64,000 nucleotides of DNA from an uncultured delta proteobacterium (GTDB lineage Bacteria > Myxococcota_A > Polyangia > Polyangiales > Polyangiaceae), in assembly GCA_963696385.1 (NCBI GenBank), contig CAVOKF010000008.1:608001-672000 (forward strand), given 5' to 3'. The notes beneath the pieces are model-generated. The model was not told the origin of the DNA and did no database searches. It saw only the letters and a program-made list of their open reading frames with translations. Position numbers and translations under genes: made by a program. Below, piece after piece: positions 1 to 10,561 of the stretch (its first letter is position 1; every line of letters starts with the position of its first letter).

Positions 1-234
1 GGCCGCGTCGTTGAGCGGCTGATTAGCTCTTGGATCGATCTCGATGAGCGTCGACGCCTCGTAGATCTTCTGGACGGACTTCGAGTACAAAAGCGCCCCC
101 GCCCCGCCAAGCACGAAGCATGCGACCACGATCGCCCAATGCTTGCGTATTGCCTTGAGGACCGAAAGGACACCGGCGACCGAAAGCTCGGTGCCGGACG
201 GGCCCTCGACTGCTGTTGTACGTTCAACCGCCAT
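1..234 (-). CDS. Polysaccharide co-polymerase / Wzc-like chain-length regulator, N-terminus (runs off the window edge)
   Basis: Manual translation from ATG at 234: MAVERTT...LKAIRKHWAIVVACFVLGGAGALLYSKSVQKIYEASTLIEIDP. This is the Wzz/Wzc N-terminal TM segment followed by YEAS. Confidence 0.8.
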   Translation of the reverse strand, partial: MAVERTTAVEGPSGTELSVAGVLSVLKAIRKHWAIVVACFVLGGAGALLYSKSVQKIYEASTLIEIDPRANQPLNDAA

Positions 235-494
235 TGTCAAAGCCGAAAGTGAATAGCACGGACGCGAGCGCCCGCGCGAACCTCGCGCGGTGCGCCGCGA
301 CATGCGCGTCGCGGGCTGCGCGCAGAGTTTCGGTGCCCAGCCAGACGCGGAGATTCACCTGGAAGGCGTGACGCAACCTCGATGACGCCGGGCAGGCCGT
401 GCGAGGGCGCCGTAACCGGCACTATCCCGGGTGCTTACTACCGCCGTTGCGGCTACGGTATGCGACGGGTATTAGGTGGCCCGGGCTTCAAGCG

Positions 495-1649
495 ATGACT
501 GCGGCGTGGCACATCATAACTGGCGAATATCCGCCCGCGCTGGGTGGGGTTGCCGGGTACACCCGGTCCGTTGCCCGCGCCCTCGCTCGGGCCGGCGACG
601 AGGTCCACGTCTGGACGCCTCGTTGCGCCGGGCACGAGGCGGACGACACCGGAGTGCGAATTCACCGTCTCGGGCGCGGCTACCAGGTGGGCGGGCTGCC
701 GGAACTGACGCGCAGACTGGCGCGCGAACCGTCGCCGAAGCGTTTGCTCATTCAGTTCGTGCCGCAAGCCTTCGGCGTCAAGGGAATGAATGTGCCGTTC
801 TGCGCCTGGGCACGGCGCATTCCGGATGCCGAGGTTTGGCTCATGTTTCACGAAGTCGCAACGCCCTGGGGATCCTGGTGGCATTGGAAGCGAAGTCTGG
901 CGTCCGCAGTCGGTCGCCTCATGGTCCGACTCCTTCTCCGCCGTGCGGATCGTGTGTTCGTGTCGATCCCCCTATGGGAGAGCATGCTTCACGAGATCGC
1001 TCCGGAGTGGCACGGCCGAGCCACTTGGCTGCCGGTCCCCTCGAACGTGCCGACCAGCGCTCCGCTGGCGGACGTGCGTGCGGCGCGCACACGGTTGCCG
1101 CTCGCCAGCGGTGGAACCGTCGTCGGCCATTTCGGCTCCTACGGGACCCTGATTGCGCCGTTTGTCGAACGAGCCATCTGCGACTTGTTGCATCGAGACC
1201 CTCGCCGCGTCGCGCTGCTCATTGGTCGTGGAAGCGACGCGATGGCTGCGAGGCTTAGACGAGACGCACGCGCGGGCGACCGTGTTTTTGGCACGGGTTG
1301 CCTCGAACTCGCCGAGATTGCCGCGCATTTGTCGGCGTGTGACGTACTCGTTCAGCCGTATCCCGACGGCGTCAGCACTCGCCGAACGAGCCTCATGGCT
1401 GGGCTCGCTCTCGGTGTGCCGACAGTAACAAACGGAGGCTTCCTAACCGAATCTCTCTGGGCGTCGTCCGGTGCCGTGCAGCTTGTAGACTCGGTCGAAG
1501 AGCTCGCGCCGGCGGCTGCGGTCGTTCTAGCCGACCCGGACCTCGCGAGACACCTAGCGCTCCGCGCCCGCAAGTTGTACGAGCGTATGTTTGCGATCGA
1601 GGTCACGATCGATCGATTGCGTAGCGCACTCGGCCGTGAGGCCGCGTAA
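495..1649 (+). CDS. Glycosyltransferase family 4
   Basis: EYPPALGGVAGY N-terminal motif and DVLVQPY...RRTSLMAGLALGVP. Start moved to ATG 495. Confidence 0.85.
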   Translation: MTAAWHIITGEYPPALGGVAGYTRSVARALARAGDEVHVWTPRCAGHEADDTGVRIHRLGRGYQVGGLPELTRRLAREPSPKRLLIQFVPQAFGVKGMNVPFCAWARRIPDAEVWLMFHEVATPWGSWWHWKRSLASAVGRLMVRLLLRRADRVFVSIPLWESMLHEIAPEWHGRATWLPVPSNVPTSAPLADVRAARTRLPLASGGTVVGHFGSYGTLIAPFVERAICDLLHRDPRRVALLIGRGSDAMAARLRRDARAGDRVFGTGCLELAEIAAHLSACDVLVQPYPDGVSTRRTSLMAGLALGVPTVTNGGFLTESLWASSGAVQLVDSVEELAPAAAVVLADPDLARHLALRARKLYERMFAIEVTIDRLRSALGREAA

Positions 1650-1653
1650 CTGC

Positions 1654-2880
1654 ATGGACCGAGACGACCCCTTGGACATTGCCGTCGTCCGAGACTCACC
1701 TGACGAGAATTGGGCGGCCATGGACCTGGTTGGGGAGATGCTCGTCGATCAGTGGCGGGCGACTCCGGCCGAAGTTCACACTACTTGTTTCTCGCTCCGG
1801 ATCCCACCCGTTCTGCGGCGCTTCCCGGGCATGCATCAGAAGCGAGCCGCTCTCAACGCGGATCGCGCGCTCGTGCGTTATCTGGCGTATCCGCTTCGGG
1901 CGCTTGCTCTCCGCCGACCGTACCGGTTTTTTCATATCGTCGACCACTCGTACGCTCAGCTCGTTCATGTCTTGCCTTCGGCGAGAACAGGCGTCTACTG
2001 TCACGACACTGACGCATTCCAGATGCTTCTGGAGCCGGTCGCGAGCTCGCCCCGGATTCGGAAGCCGCTCGCTCGATGCATCGCGTGGGCGCTCATGCGA
2101 GGCCTTCAAGCGGCCAGGGTCGTCTTCTACAGCACACGCGCGGTCGGGAGTACTCTGGAGCAGTTGGTCCAGCCGGCGCGGCTGGTTCACGCTCCGTACG
2201 GAACCTCGCCGGAGTTCACTGCCCAGCAAGACCCGAACGACGGTGCGGACGAGGTCCTCTCGGTTCTGCAAGGGCGGCCATTCGTTTTGCACGTGGGAAG
2301 CAGCCTTCAGCGCAAGCGCCTGGACGTGCTCTTCGAAGTATTCGCCCGCGTTCGCGAGCTCCACCCCGATCTGCGTCTGGTGCAGCAAGGCGCCACGCTT
2401 TCCCCAGAGCAGCGCCAGCACGTCGCCAAGCTCGGGATCGTAGACGCGTTGTTTCAACCGCCGAAGCTCGGACGCCCGACCCTCGCAGGGCTCTATCGAC
2501 GCGCCAGCGTGGTGGTGGTTACCAGCGAAGCGGAAGGCTTCGGCATTCCGGTCATCGAGGCCATGGCTTGCGGCGCGACGGTCGTGGCGACCGACATCCC
2601 GGTGCTGCGGGAGGTAGGTGCCGGCGGCGCACTCTACGCCCCCTTGGCCGACATCAACGGCTGGACGGCACTCCTTGACGGCCTCTTGCGAGGCCAGGTC
2701 GAGGGCCCGTCCAAGGATCGCCGGCTCGAACGCGCCAAGAGCTTTTCGTGGGCCTGCCACGCACGGACGATTCTCGACGCTTACCGAAACATTGCGAAAT
2801 ACGGCGTTCCAAATGCCGAGACGAGTGCGGCATTTAGCACGCATTCCCGTCGACACCTCTCGGAAGAGGATGTAGCCTAG
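1654..2880 (+). CDS. Glycosyltransferase family 4
   Basis: HVGSSLQRKR and EGFGIPVIEAMACG (EX7E motif). Confidence 0.9.
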   Translation: MDRDDPLDIAVVRDSPDENWAAMDLVGEMLVDQWRATPAEVHTTCFSLRIPPVLRRFPGMHQKRAALNADRALVRYLAYPLRALALRRPYRFFHIVDHSYAQLVHVLPSARTGVYCHDTDAFQMLLEPVASSPRIRKPLARCIAWALMRGLQAARVVFYSTRAVGSTLEQLVQPARLVHAPYGTSPEFTAQQDPNDGADEVLSVLQGRPFVLHVGSSLQRKRLDVLFEVFARVRELHPDLRLVQQGATLSPEQRQHVAKLGIVDALFQPPKLGRPTLAGLYRRASVVVVTSEAEGFGIPVIEAMACGATVVATDIPVLREVGAGGALYAPLADINGWTALLDGLLRGQVEGPSKDRRLERAKSFSWACHARTILDAYRNIAKYGVPNAETSAAFSTHSRRHLSEEDVA

Positions 2881-2987
2881 CGACGTTAACTTCGAGCGAC
2901 ATGAGACGGTGTCCCTGAACGGTGAGGGGGGGCGGACGCAACGTAGGGAGAAGGTTTGATGGCCGGGGTCGGGAAAGCGAGTCAGCT

Positions 2988-4478
2988 TTGAGAAGCGCCG
3001 TCGCGACATTCGTTGTGGCCCTGATCGTTACCGCGCTGCTCACCCCGCTCGTCCGGCGAGCGGCGTTGGCCGCAGGCGCCGTCGATGAGCCGGGGGCTCG
3101 CAGAGTGCATTCGCTGCGCGTGCCACGGATGGGCGGAATAGCCATTGTGATCGGCTTTTTTCTGCCTCTCTTGGCGTTGCTTGCCCTACGCACCGGCGCC
3201 GGACTGGTGTTCTTTGGAACCAGCCGAATTGCGGTCGGGCTCATTGCAGGCGCCCTGCTCGTGGCAGGCATCGGACTGCTCGATGACGTTCGCGCGGTCG
3301 GTGCGAAAGCTAAACTGTGCGTACAGATTGTAGCGGCCACCGTCACCTTCGTATGCGGCATGCGCATCGATGCCATCGACTTGCCGTGGATCGGGGCCAT
3401 TCACCTGGGCTGGCTCGCGCTACCCACCACGATTGCGTGGGTAGTCGGTGTCATCAATGCCATGAATTTGATCGACGGGCTTGATGGCTTGGCGGCGGGG
3501 GTAGCGTTCTTTGCTTGTGTGACGAATTTCGTCATTGCGCTGCTCACCGGAAACGTCTTCATTCAGCTTATTACGGCGAGCCTCGCCGGCGCACTCATTG
3601 GTTTCTTGTTGCACAACTTCAACCCCGCTCGTATCTTCATGGGGGACTCGGGCAGCATGTTTCTCGGGTTTATCCTTGCGTCCGCCTCGCTTCTGGGTGC
3701 GGGTACGCAAAAGAGCCCCACGCTCATCGCCATCCTCGTGCCCCTGCTTGCGCTCGGCTTGCCCATTACTGATTTATTGCTGACGATCGTTCGCCGCTTC
3801 GTGGCGCGTCGCTCGTTGTTCTCTGCGGATCGCGGGCACATTCACCACCGTTTGCTGGATCTTGGCCTCACCCATCGACGCGCGGTGCTTTCGCTGTACA
3901 TCGTGAGCGTGACCTTCACGGTTCTCGCGTTCGTCGTGTACTTCGGCCGATCGTGGCAGATTGGGGCGGCGCTGTTCGCGCTTACTGCGGTTCTCGTGGG
4001 AATCGTCCGATTCGCGGGGTCCTTTAACTCGTCGCTGATTGCGCTCGGCCGCGCCTCGGGTGACGAGCTTGTAGAAACTCTTCGGATGTCTGTTCCGAAA
4101 GTGCTCCGGCGCCTCGGTGACGCTTGCCCCTGCTCCGAGGTTCCGGTGCTCCTCTCCGAGTTTGGCGAGGCGAGCGGTCTTCTCGCAATTGGGATTGTGA
4201 ACTCAACCCATCAGCAACTTCGCCACTGGCGGTGGGAGTCGCCGGGGGTCGAGCGTCGAGGCGCGCGCGACGCAGCATGCGCCAAGTTTGCGATCGCGCC
4301 GGAAGGCGTCGAGCTTCAGTTCTTTGCCGACACGGCCACTGGAACGATTGGGCCGCGTATGTGCGTTCTTCTGCAGCTCGTTGCGGATGGCGTCGAAACC
4401 GCTCTAAGCGCGGAGCGGCAATCGCCTCAACGCTCGGGGGTCACGCGCAGCGAACGGATCACCGAACACGGAGCATAG
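2988..4478 (+). CDS. wecA: WecA/MraY-family undecaprenyl-phosphate sugar-1-phosphate transferase with a soluble C-terminal extension
   Basis: PRMGGIA, GLLDD, NAMNLIDGLDGLA, IFMGDSG, ADRGHIHHRL and many TM helices. TTG start is approximate. Confidence 0.85.
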   Translation: MRSAVATFVVALIVTALLTPLVRRAALAAGAVDEPGARRVHSLRVPRMGGIAIVIGFFLPLLALLALRTGAGLVFFGTSRIAVGLIAGALLVAGIGLLDDVRAVGAKAKLCVQIVAATVTFVCGMRIDAIDLPWIGAIHLGWLALPTTIAWVVGVINAMNLIDGLDGLAAGVAFFACVTNFVIALLTGNVFIQLITASLAGALIGFLLHNFNPARIFMGDSGSMFLGFILASASLLGAGTQKSPTLIAILVPLLALGLPITDLLLTIVRRFVARRSLFSADRGHIHHRLLDLGLTHRRAVLSLYIVSVTFTVLAFVVYFGRSWQIGAALFALTAVLVGIVRFAGSFNSSLIALGRASGDELVETLRMSVPKVLRRLGDACPCSEVPVLLSEFGEASGLLAIGIVNSTHQQLRHWRWESPGVERRGARDAACAKFAIAPEGVELQFFADTATGTIGPRMCVLLQLVADGVETALSAERQSPQRSGVTRSERITEHGA

Positions 4479-4486
4479 TCCTTCCG

Positions 4487-6406
4487 GTGTGCGGGATTGC
4501 TGGAACGCTCGGCCTATCCCGAGTCGCGGCGCAGGCGGCCCTAGATCGGATGCGACGGGCATTGCGCCATCGCGGCCCCGACGACGAGGGCATGGCATTC
4601 ATCGAGCGACCCGACGCAACTGCCCCTGTCGGCCTCACGCACACCCGGCTTGCGGTCATCGACATCACGGCAGCCGGCCATCAGCCGATGGAAAACGCCA
4701 CCGGCGACGCGCAAATCGTCTTCAACGGTGAAATTTATAACTACAAAGCGCTTCGTGATGATCTGATCAAGGCGGGCGCGCACTTCCGAACTCAAACGGA
4801 CACGGAGGTCATCCTTCACGCGTACGAGGCTTGGGGCGTTGACAGCGTTGAGCGACTGCGCGGCATGTTCGCATTCTGCCTCGTCGATCGTGCCAGGGGC
4901 CTGGTTTGGCTTTGCCGCGATCGACTCGGTCAAAAGCCTCTGTACATCGCGAGGCTAGGGCCAGCGGCGCTCCTTTTCGCGTCGGAAATACGCGCGGTGG
5001 TGGCCGCCGGACCCGACCTGGTCGCTCCCCGGGTCAACCGCGCCGCCATGGCCAGTTTTCTGGCCCAAGGCATGGTCTGCGGCACCAACACCATCATCGA
5101 TGGGGTCAAGATGCTCGCAGCAGGGACGTCGGTCGTATTCGATTTTTTGGGGAAGGAGGTCAAGACGGCAACGTATTGGCAAGTGCGCCGACAGGAGCAT
5201 CCTGCCGACGGGACCTACCAAAGCGCGATTCGTCAAGTGCGGGTCGCCCTCAATGACTCCGTCGAAGGGCATCTGGTCTCGGACGTACCCCTGGGCCTCT
5301 TCCTTTCCGGCGGCATCGACTCGACGGTGCTTGCCACGGTGGCGACGGAAATCAGCGCGCGCACGATCCATACGGTAACCATCGGGTTCGACGTCCCGAC
5401 TGCCGACGAAAGCGCGGACGCCGAGGCCATCGCCCGCGAACTCCGCACGGAACATATCACCGTGCACATGACCGGCGCAGAGATGCTTCAAGATATCGAC
5501 CACGTCTTTTCCGCGATGGACCAGCCAACGGTCGACGGCTTCAATGCGTACTTCGTCTCGCGCGCCGCGCGCCGGTCCGGCTTGACCGTCGCGCTAAGCG
5601 GTATCGGCGGTGACGAGCTTTTCGGGGGTTATGCGTCGTTTCGCGACGTGCCTCGAGCCATTCGAGCGTCGCGCATTGCGCAGCGGTTCGGCGCAGCCGT
5701 CCCCATCCTCGTACACGCAGCACGGTTGACGGGCGGCCGTAGGGGCATCAAAGCCGCTGAGACGATTTCCCGCGCGCCCGACACCCTGGGCGCCTATCTG
5801 CTGCGCCGGGAACTCTTTCTCGCCGCCGAGCGGTCGGAGCTCGGGGCAACCTCCGCTCGGACCAACCCCGAGACGGGCGTGCCGCTCGGGCTGCTGGAGG
5901 AGCTGCAGGTTCTCGTCGACAACGCGGACATAGCTGGCACCGTGTCGCGTCTGGAGCTCGCATTTTACATGCGCGACATGCTCTTGCGCGATGCCGACGT
6001 GTTCAGTATGGCATCGGGGCTGGAGGTCCGGGCACCGCTGCTCGACGATCGCATCGTCGATGTGGTCGGCCGCCTCCCCGGGCGGTGGAAAGCCATGAAA
6101 CCGTACCCCAAGGCGCTCCTTGTCGACGCCGCGGGCCCGCGCTTTCCTCGGCGCATTTTGGCCCGCAAGAAGCGGGGATTCTCCTTTCCCTGGGATACAT
6201 GGCTACGCGGCCCGCTGCGGGAACGCGCAGAATCGGCGCTCGCGAATGAGGCTGTTTGGACGGCTGTGGGGCTCAACGCCCACGTCCCGCGACAATTATG
6301 GGGCCGATTTTTGCGCCGGGATCCGCGGGTGGTGGCGCTGCAGATCATCGCGCTGTGGGTCCTTGCGGAGCACGCGTCGCGCGCAGGGCTGCGCGTCGCA
6401 GCATGA
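4487..6406 (+). CDS. asnB: Asparagine synthase (glutamine-hydrolysing)-family amidotransferase
   Basis: GTG start followed by CGIAG; HRGPD, FNGEIYN, LSGGIDS, LSGIGGDELFGGY, EVRAPLLD, KKRGF. Confidence 0.92.
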   Translation: MCGIAGTLGLSRVAAQAALDRMRRALRHRGPDDEGMAFIERPDATAPVGLTHTRLAVIDITAAGHQPMENATGDAQIVFNGEIYNYKALRDDLIKAGAHFRTQTDTEVILHAYEAWGVDSVERLRGMFAFCLVDRARGLVWLCRDRLGQKPLYIARLGPAALLFASEIRAVVAAGPDLVAPRVNRAAMASFLAQGMVCGTNTIIDGVKMLAAGTSVVFDFLGKEVKTATYWQVRRQEHPADGTYQSAIRQVRVALNDSVEGHLVSDVPLGLFLSGGIDSTVLATVATEISARTIHTVTIGFDVPTADESADAEAIARELRTEHITVHMTGAEMLQDIDHVFSAMDQPTVDGFNAYFVSRAARRSGLTVALSGIGGDELFGGYASFRDVPRAIRASRIAQRFGAAVPILVHAARLTGGRRGIKAAETISRAPDTLGAYLLRRELFLAAERSELGATSARTNPETGVPLGLLEELQVLVDNADIAGTVSRLELAFYMRDMLLRDADVFSMASGLEVRAPLLDDRIVDVVGRLPGRWKAMKPYPKALLVDAAGPRFPRRILARKKRGFSFPWDTWLRGPLRERAESALANEAVWTAVGLNAHVPRQLWGRFLRRDPRVVALQIIALWVLAEHASRAGLRVAA

Positions 6407-7701
6407 TGAGAATTCTGTTTCTCAACCCGGCCGGAAGCCTTGGCGGCGCCGAGCGCAGTCTCCTCGATTTGATGGCGTCGCTGCGCGCCCATTCGGACGA
6501 CATCCGCATGGGGCTCGTCGTCGCCGGGGACGGACCGTTGCGGGGTCGGGCGGAAGCCCTCGGTGTTCAGGTCATGCGCCTGCCGCTCGGGAGGCGCCTC
6601 GCGCAGGTCGGCGATAGCGCGATCGCCGATGAGGGGGTTGGCGGCGTCGCACGATGGGCCGCGCGGAGCATCACCGCGTCGCTCGAGACGTTGGCGTACA
6701 TCGCTGGGCTGAGAGCGGCCATCCGCAGGTTCAGGCCGTCCATCGTACATTCCAACGGGATCAAGATGCACCTACTCGCGGCACTCGCTCGGTCGCGCGC
6801 ACCGCTCGTCTGGCACATCCGCGATTTCATCGGAACACGACGCCTCGTGTCGCGCGCGATGGCGCTATGCGCGTTTCGCGTAGACGCCGCGATTATGATT
6901 TCGCGGGCAGTGGCCCAAGATGCGCGCACCGTGCTGCCCCGCGTCCGGTCGACCGTCGTGTACAACGCCATCGACACGACCGCATTCACGCCGAACGGTC
7001 CGGTGGCCAACCTCGACGAACTCGCGGGTTGCGCTTCAACGCCGCCCGAAATGGTGCGAGTCGGCCTCGTGTCGACCTATGCGCGATGGAAAGGCCACGA
7101 CGTTTTTCTGCGGGCCTGTCGCCTGGCGCACGCGAAAGCGCCCATGGCGCGCTTTTACATCATCGGCGGGCCGATCTACGCAAGCGCCGACTCGCAATTC
7201 GACCACGAGGAGTTGCGTCGCATGTGCCGCACCGTCGGACTCAACGGGCGTGTCGCGTTTGTGCCCTTTCAGACCCGGATCGAAGACGTCTATCGAGCAC
7301 TTGACGTCGTCGTTCACGCGAGCACGCGTCCCGAGCCCTTTGGTCGAACGATCGTCGAGGCGATGGCTACCGGGCGCCCTGTCGTGGCTTGCCGCGAGGG
7401 TGGAGCGACTGAACTTTTCACCGATGGGTCGGACGCTGTCGGCGTTCCCCCTCGCAACGAAGAGGCGCTGGCCAATGCTATAGTGGCACTCGTCAGCGAC
7501 TCCGAACGGCGACGGGCCATCGGCGCAGCGGCTCGGGAGAGTGCCGTTCTGCGTTTCTGTCGGCCTCGTCTCGCAGGGCAAGTGCTTCGTCTTTACGCCG
7601 ACGCGGGTTGCAGCGACGCGGCCGTGTGTCTTGATCAACCGCGTGCCGAGCCTCACGCTTCAGAGACGCACAGCGCCACGAGACAAGATCCTGCTACGTA
7701 A
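6403..7701 (+). CDS. Glycosyltransferase family 4
   Basis: GGAERS, WKGHDVF, PEPFGRTIVEAMATG. Start overlaps the asnB stop (ATGA). Confidence 0.9.
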   Translation: MMRILFLNPAGSLGGAERSLLDLMASLRAHSDDIRMGLVVAGDGPLRGRAEALGVQVMRLPLGRRLAQVGDSAIADEGVGGVARWAARSITASLETLAYIAGLRAAIRRFRPSIVHSNGIKMHLLAALARSRAPLVWHIRDFIGTRRLVSRAMALCAFRVDAAIMISRAVAQDARTVLPRVRSTVVYNAIDTTAFTPNGPVANLDELAGCASTPPEMVRVGLVSTYARWKGHDVFLRACRLAHAKAPMARFYIIGGPIYASADSQFDHEELRRMCRTVGLNGRVAFVPFQTRIEDVYRALDVVVHASTRPEPFGRTIVEAMATGRPVVACREGGATELFTDGSDAVGVPPRNEEALANAIVALVSDSERRRAIGAAARESAVLRFCRPRLAGQVLRLYADAGCSDAAVCLDQPRAEPHASETHSATRQDPAT

Positions 7702-7730
7702 TCGATTTAGAAGCTGCTACGAGCATTTCA

Positions 7731-8876
7731 GTGAAGGTTCTCATGGACGCAAGACTCGCGTATGGCCCCCACCGGGGAGCGGGTGCGTACATCATCCACC
7801 TGGCGTCCGCACTAGGCCGTATCGCCCCCGAAGTTCAGCTGACTCTATTGGTATTTGGTATGAGAGCCAGGCGTTCCGAATTACCTACGGTTGCATCCCC
7901 AAGTACCCGCGTTCGCATGATCCGCATACCCAACGGCATATGCGGCCGACTGTTGAGCAAACCGTCGGTCAACCGATGGGCGCGAAGCGTATCGTGGGGA
8001 TTCGATTTAGCGCATGAAACTGGCTTCCAGCACTTCCCTTTTGGACCGCGGGTCGTCTTCACACTGCATGACCTAGTGTTTGCGCGTCTTCCAGAGCACT
8101 ATCCTAAGCACGCCGATGAGCTGGCACACTTCCGGCTCGCCGCTAAACGCGCCAAGGTGGTCATGACTGACTCCGAATCGACGCGCCGTGACGCAATCGA
8201 GTACCTGGGGCTCAATCCGGAGCGGACACGGGCGGTTCTTTTGGGGGCGCCACCCGTCTCGCCACCGCGCACCCGACTTGAGCAAATCGATGACCGCAGC
8301 CGCCTCCAAGCGTTCGGCATTCGGTCGCCCTACATTTTGAGCCTCGGTGACATCCTCGGGCGCAAGAACAACGTCACGGTCGTCCGCGCGTTAGCGGATT
8401 TACCCCCCAGCATGCGGCGGGACCTGCAGTTCGTGGTCGCGGGGCTGCCTGGCGACCCTCGGATAGCGACTGAACTGCGGAGCGAAGCCAACCGACTCGG
8501 GGTGGCTAGAGACTTACTCCTGACCGGGTTTGTCGACAACGCCGACCGCGACGCACTGCTGACGAACGCCGCCGCCTTGGTGTTTCCCAGCCTGTACGAA
8601 GGGTTCGGGCTCCCAATTCTAGAGGCGATGGCGAAAGGAGTCCCCGTGGTCGCCGCCAACAATTCATCAATTCCAGAAGTCGCGGGGGGCGCTGCTCTGC
8701 TCGTCGACTCGTATCGCCACCCCGCAGCCTGGGCGCATGCTATAAGCAAGGCCTTGTGCGACGAAACCTGGCGTTCGGAGGCAATTGTCGCGGGGTTGGC
8801 TCAAGTAAATGTACTAACTTGGGAGCGTACCGCCAGATCTACTCTTGAGAGTTATCATCTTGCAACGACGCTCTGA
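7731..8876 (+). CDS. Glycosyltransferase family 4 (mannosyltransferase-like)
   Basis: TLHDL, RKN, FPSLYEGFGLPILEAMAKG, SSIPEVAG. Confidence 0.9.
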   Translation: MKVLMDARLAYGPHRGAGAYIIHLASALGRIAPEVQLTLLVFGMRARRSELPTVASPSTRVRMIRIPNGICGRLLSKPSVNRWARSVSWGFDLAHETGFQHFPFGPRVVFTLHDLVFARLPEHYPKHADELAHFRLAAKRAKVVMTDSESTRRDAIEYLGLNPERTRAVLLGAPPVSPPRTRLEQIDDRSRLQAFGIRSPYILSLGDILGRKNNVTVVRALADLPPSMRRDLQFVVAGLPGDPRIATELRSEANRLGVARDLLLTGFVDNADRDALLTNAAALVFPSLYEGFGLPILEAMAKGVPVVAANNSSIPEVAGGAALLVDSYRHPAAWAHAISKALCDETWRSEAIVAGLAQVNVLTWERTARSTLESYHLATTL

Positions 8877-9116
8877 TTCCTATAGACCCCCGTATCAACC
8901 GTAAGGCAGCCGACTGCGTGACACCCATTGGTGCTACATCCTTGCACAGCCATGGAAGCGCCTGGGATCGCCAGCGCGCGTTTCGAACGAAGACCCCACG
9001 CCAAATGGCGCCAGTTGCTCTCCTGTCGACCGCGTATATACCGCACCTCGAGAGCACCGTCCATGCGAGCACGCTGAGCGCGTGTGATTCTCGACACCGT
9101 CGCCACACTCATTTTC

Positions 9117-10130
9117 ATGAGCCAAGGTAGCACTTCCCCGCAAGGTAGGCGCTTGACTCCGTCGCTGCAAACCCTACCCCCGCCCCCGCGTGGAAAGACT
9201 GGCTGGCCGTGGACAAGGGAGACTTCTCCAGCTCGCGCGACGGCATGGGGCGGGAGGCCATGGCCACGCATCAGCATTGTCACGCCGAGCTACAATCAAG
9301 GCCAATTTTTAGAAGAAACGCTGCGGTCGGTGTTGCTTCAGGGCTACCCCAACCTCGAATATGCCGTTTTTGATGGTGGCAGTACGGACGAGTCCGTAGA
9401 AATTTTGCGCAAGTACGCCCCGTGGCTGAGTTACTGGTCGAGCGAAAAGGACGCGGGCCAAGCCCACGCCATCAACACGGGACTCGCCCGAGCCACTGGC
9501 AACATCGCCGCATATCTGAACAGTGACGACCTTTATATGCCAGGTGCGTTGCAGCACGTCGCTGCGGTCTGGCACAAGCCTGGGTTCGACGTCTTCGTCG
9601 GAAAAGGTCAGCGGATAGGGACAATCCCGCCGCTTCCGTCGTGGTTTCTGCTGCGGAGAACATGGTGGTTGTCGCTGAATCAGCCTTTCGCGTTTCCGTT
9701 CGTCGTGAGTCGACAATGGCGTTACGGTATTCCACAGGAGTCCACATTTTGGAACCACGATCGGTATCGAACGCTACGACTCGACGAGAGTTTTCACTTT
9801 TGTCTCGATGCCGAATGGTTTATACGGCTGTATTCAGGATCTCGAATCGTTCATTCCACTCAGAAGGTCGGTGTATTTCGGTTCCATCCAGAGGGCAAGA
9901 CGACCCGAATGAGAGAGATTTTTCACCACGAGCTGGCGCGCCTTTTCCAAATGTACGGCGAGAGCATGGACCGAGTGCCGCAGCACGAGTGCGAGACGAT
10001 CTTGCGCGAGTTCGACCGGGCGAGGAAACGAGTGTTCGCACGGGAATTGGTCCGGCGGACTCCCTCGCTATTCACGTATTGGCATCCCGCCCACTTGACG
10101 AACGCTGTGACCCGCTTCAGTTCACCATGA
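9117..10130 (+). CDS. Glycosyltransferase family 2
   Basis: ISIVTPSYNQG, DGGSTD, GQAHAIN, LNSDD. Confidence 0.9.
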   Translation: MSQGSTSPQGRRLTPSLQTLPPPPRGKTGWPWTRETSPARATAWGGRPWPRISIVTPSYNQGQFLEETLRSVLLQGYPNLEYAVFDGGSTDESVEILRKYAPWLSYWSSEKDAGQAHAINTGLARATGNIAAYLNSDDLYMPGALQHVAAVWHKPGFDVFVGKGQRIGTIPPLPSWFLLRRTWWLSLNQPFAFPFVVSRQWRYGIPQESTFWNHDRYRTLRLDESFHFCLDAEWFIRLYSGSRIVHSTQKVGVFRFHPEGKTTRMREIFHHELARLFQMYGESMDRVPQHECETILREFDRARKRVFARELVRRTPSLFTYWHPAHLTNAVTRFSSP

Positions 10131-10560
10131 CATACACGTTGCGCCCGGCAGATGGTGAATTGTCGGCGATCGGATGGCACCTCGACGTCGGGTGATGCGC
10201 AAAGCAGATCACCCGCGTTTCGAGACCCCAAACGGCCAACGCTCATACACGGTACTTCGGTCGCTCATTGCATCGGCAAACTTCATGACCGGTGCCCCCA
10301 GCGATATCTCGAATGCGTGCTGCGCCTCGCGCCTCACTGGTCGAAGCGCAGGGTGCTCAAACTCGCTCCAAAGTACTGGCGCAGCAACGCCCGCACCATT
10401 GACCCCCGAACAGCAAGCCATCGTGCGGCCGTCCCGGTCGGCCGCCTTCGACGTGTTCGCACCGGATTCGGATCCGGCGGCGGCGACAACGGCCGCGTGA
10501 ACAACTCCACCGCAACCCTCGCAGCCCGAGCGCGCCTCGCGATCGGCTTCGGTCGCGCAC
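10131..10560 (+). mobile_element. IS66 transposase (TnpC) C-terminal remnant
   Basis: Broken frames give SLIAS/KLH...YLECVLRLAPHWSKRRVLKLAPKYW, similar to the TnpC C-terminus at about 53170-53300. Confidence 0.7.
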
Positions 10561-10561
10561 T

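Noticed and set aside
438..445. GGCGGTAG (ops-like) on the minus strand upstream of the wzc-like gene
   Set aside because: A single 8-mer in GC-rich DNA with no JUMPStart context; likely chance.
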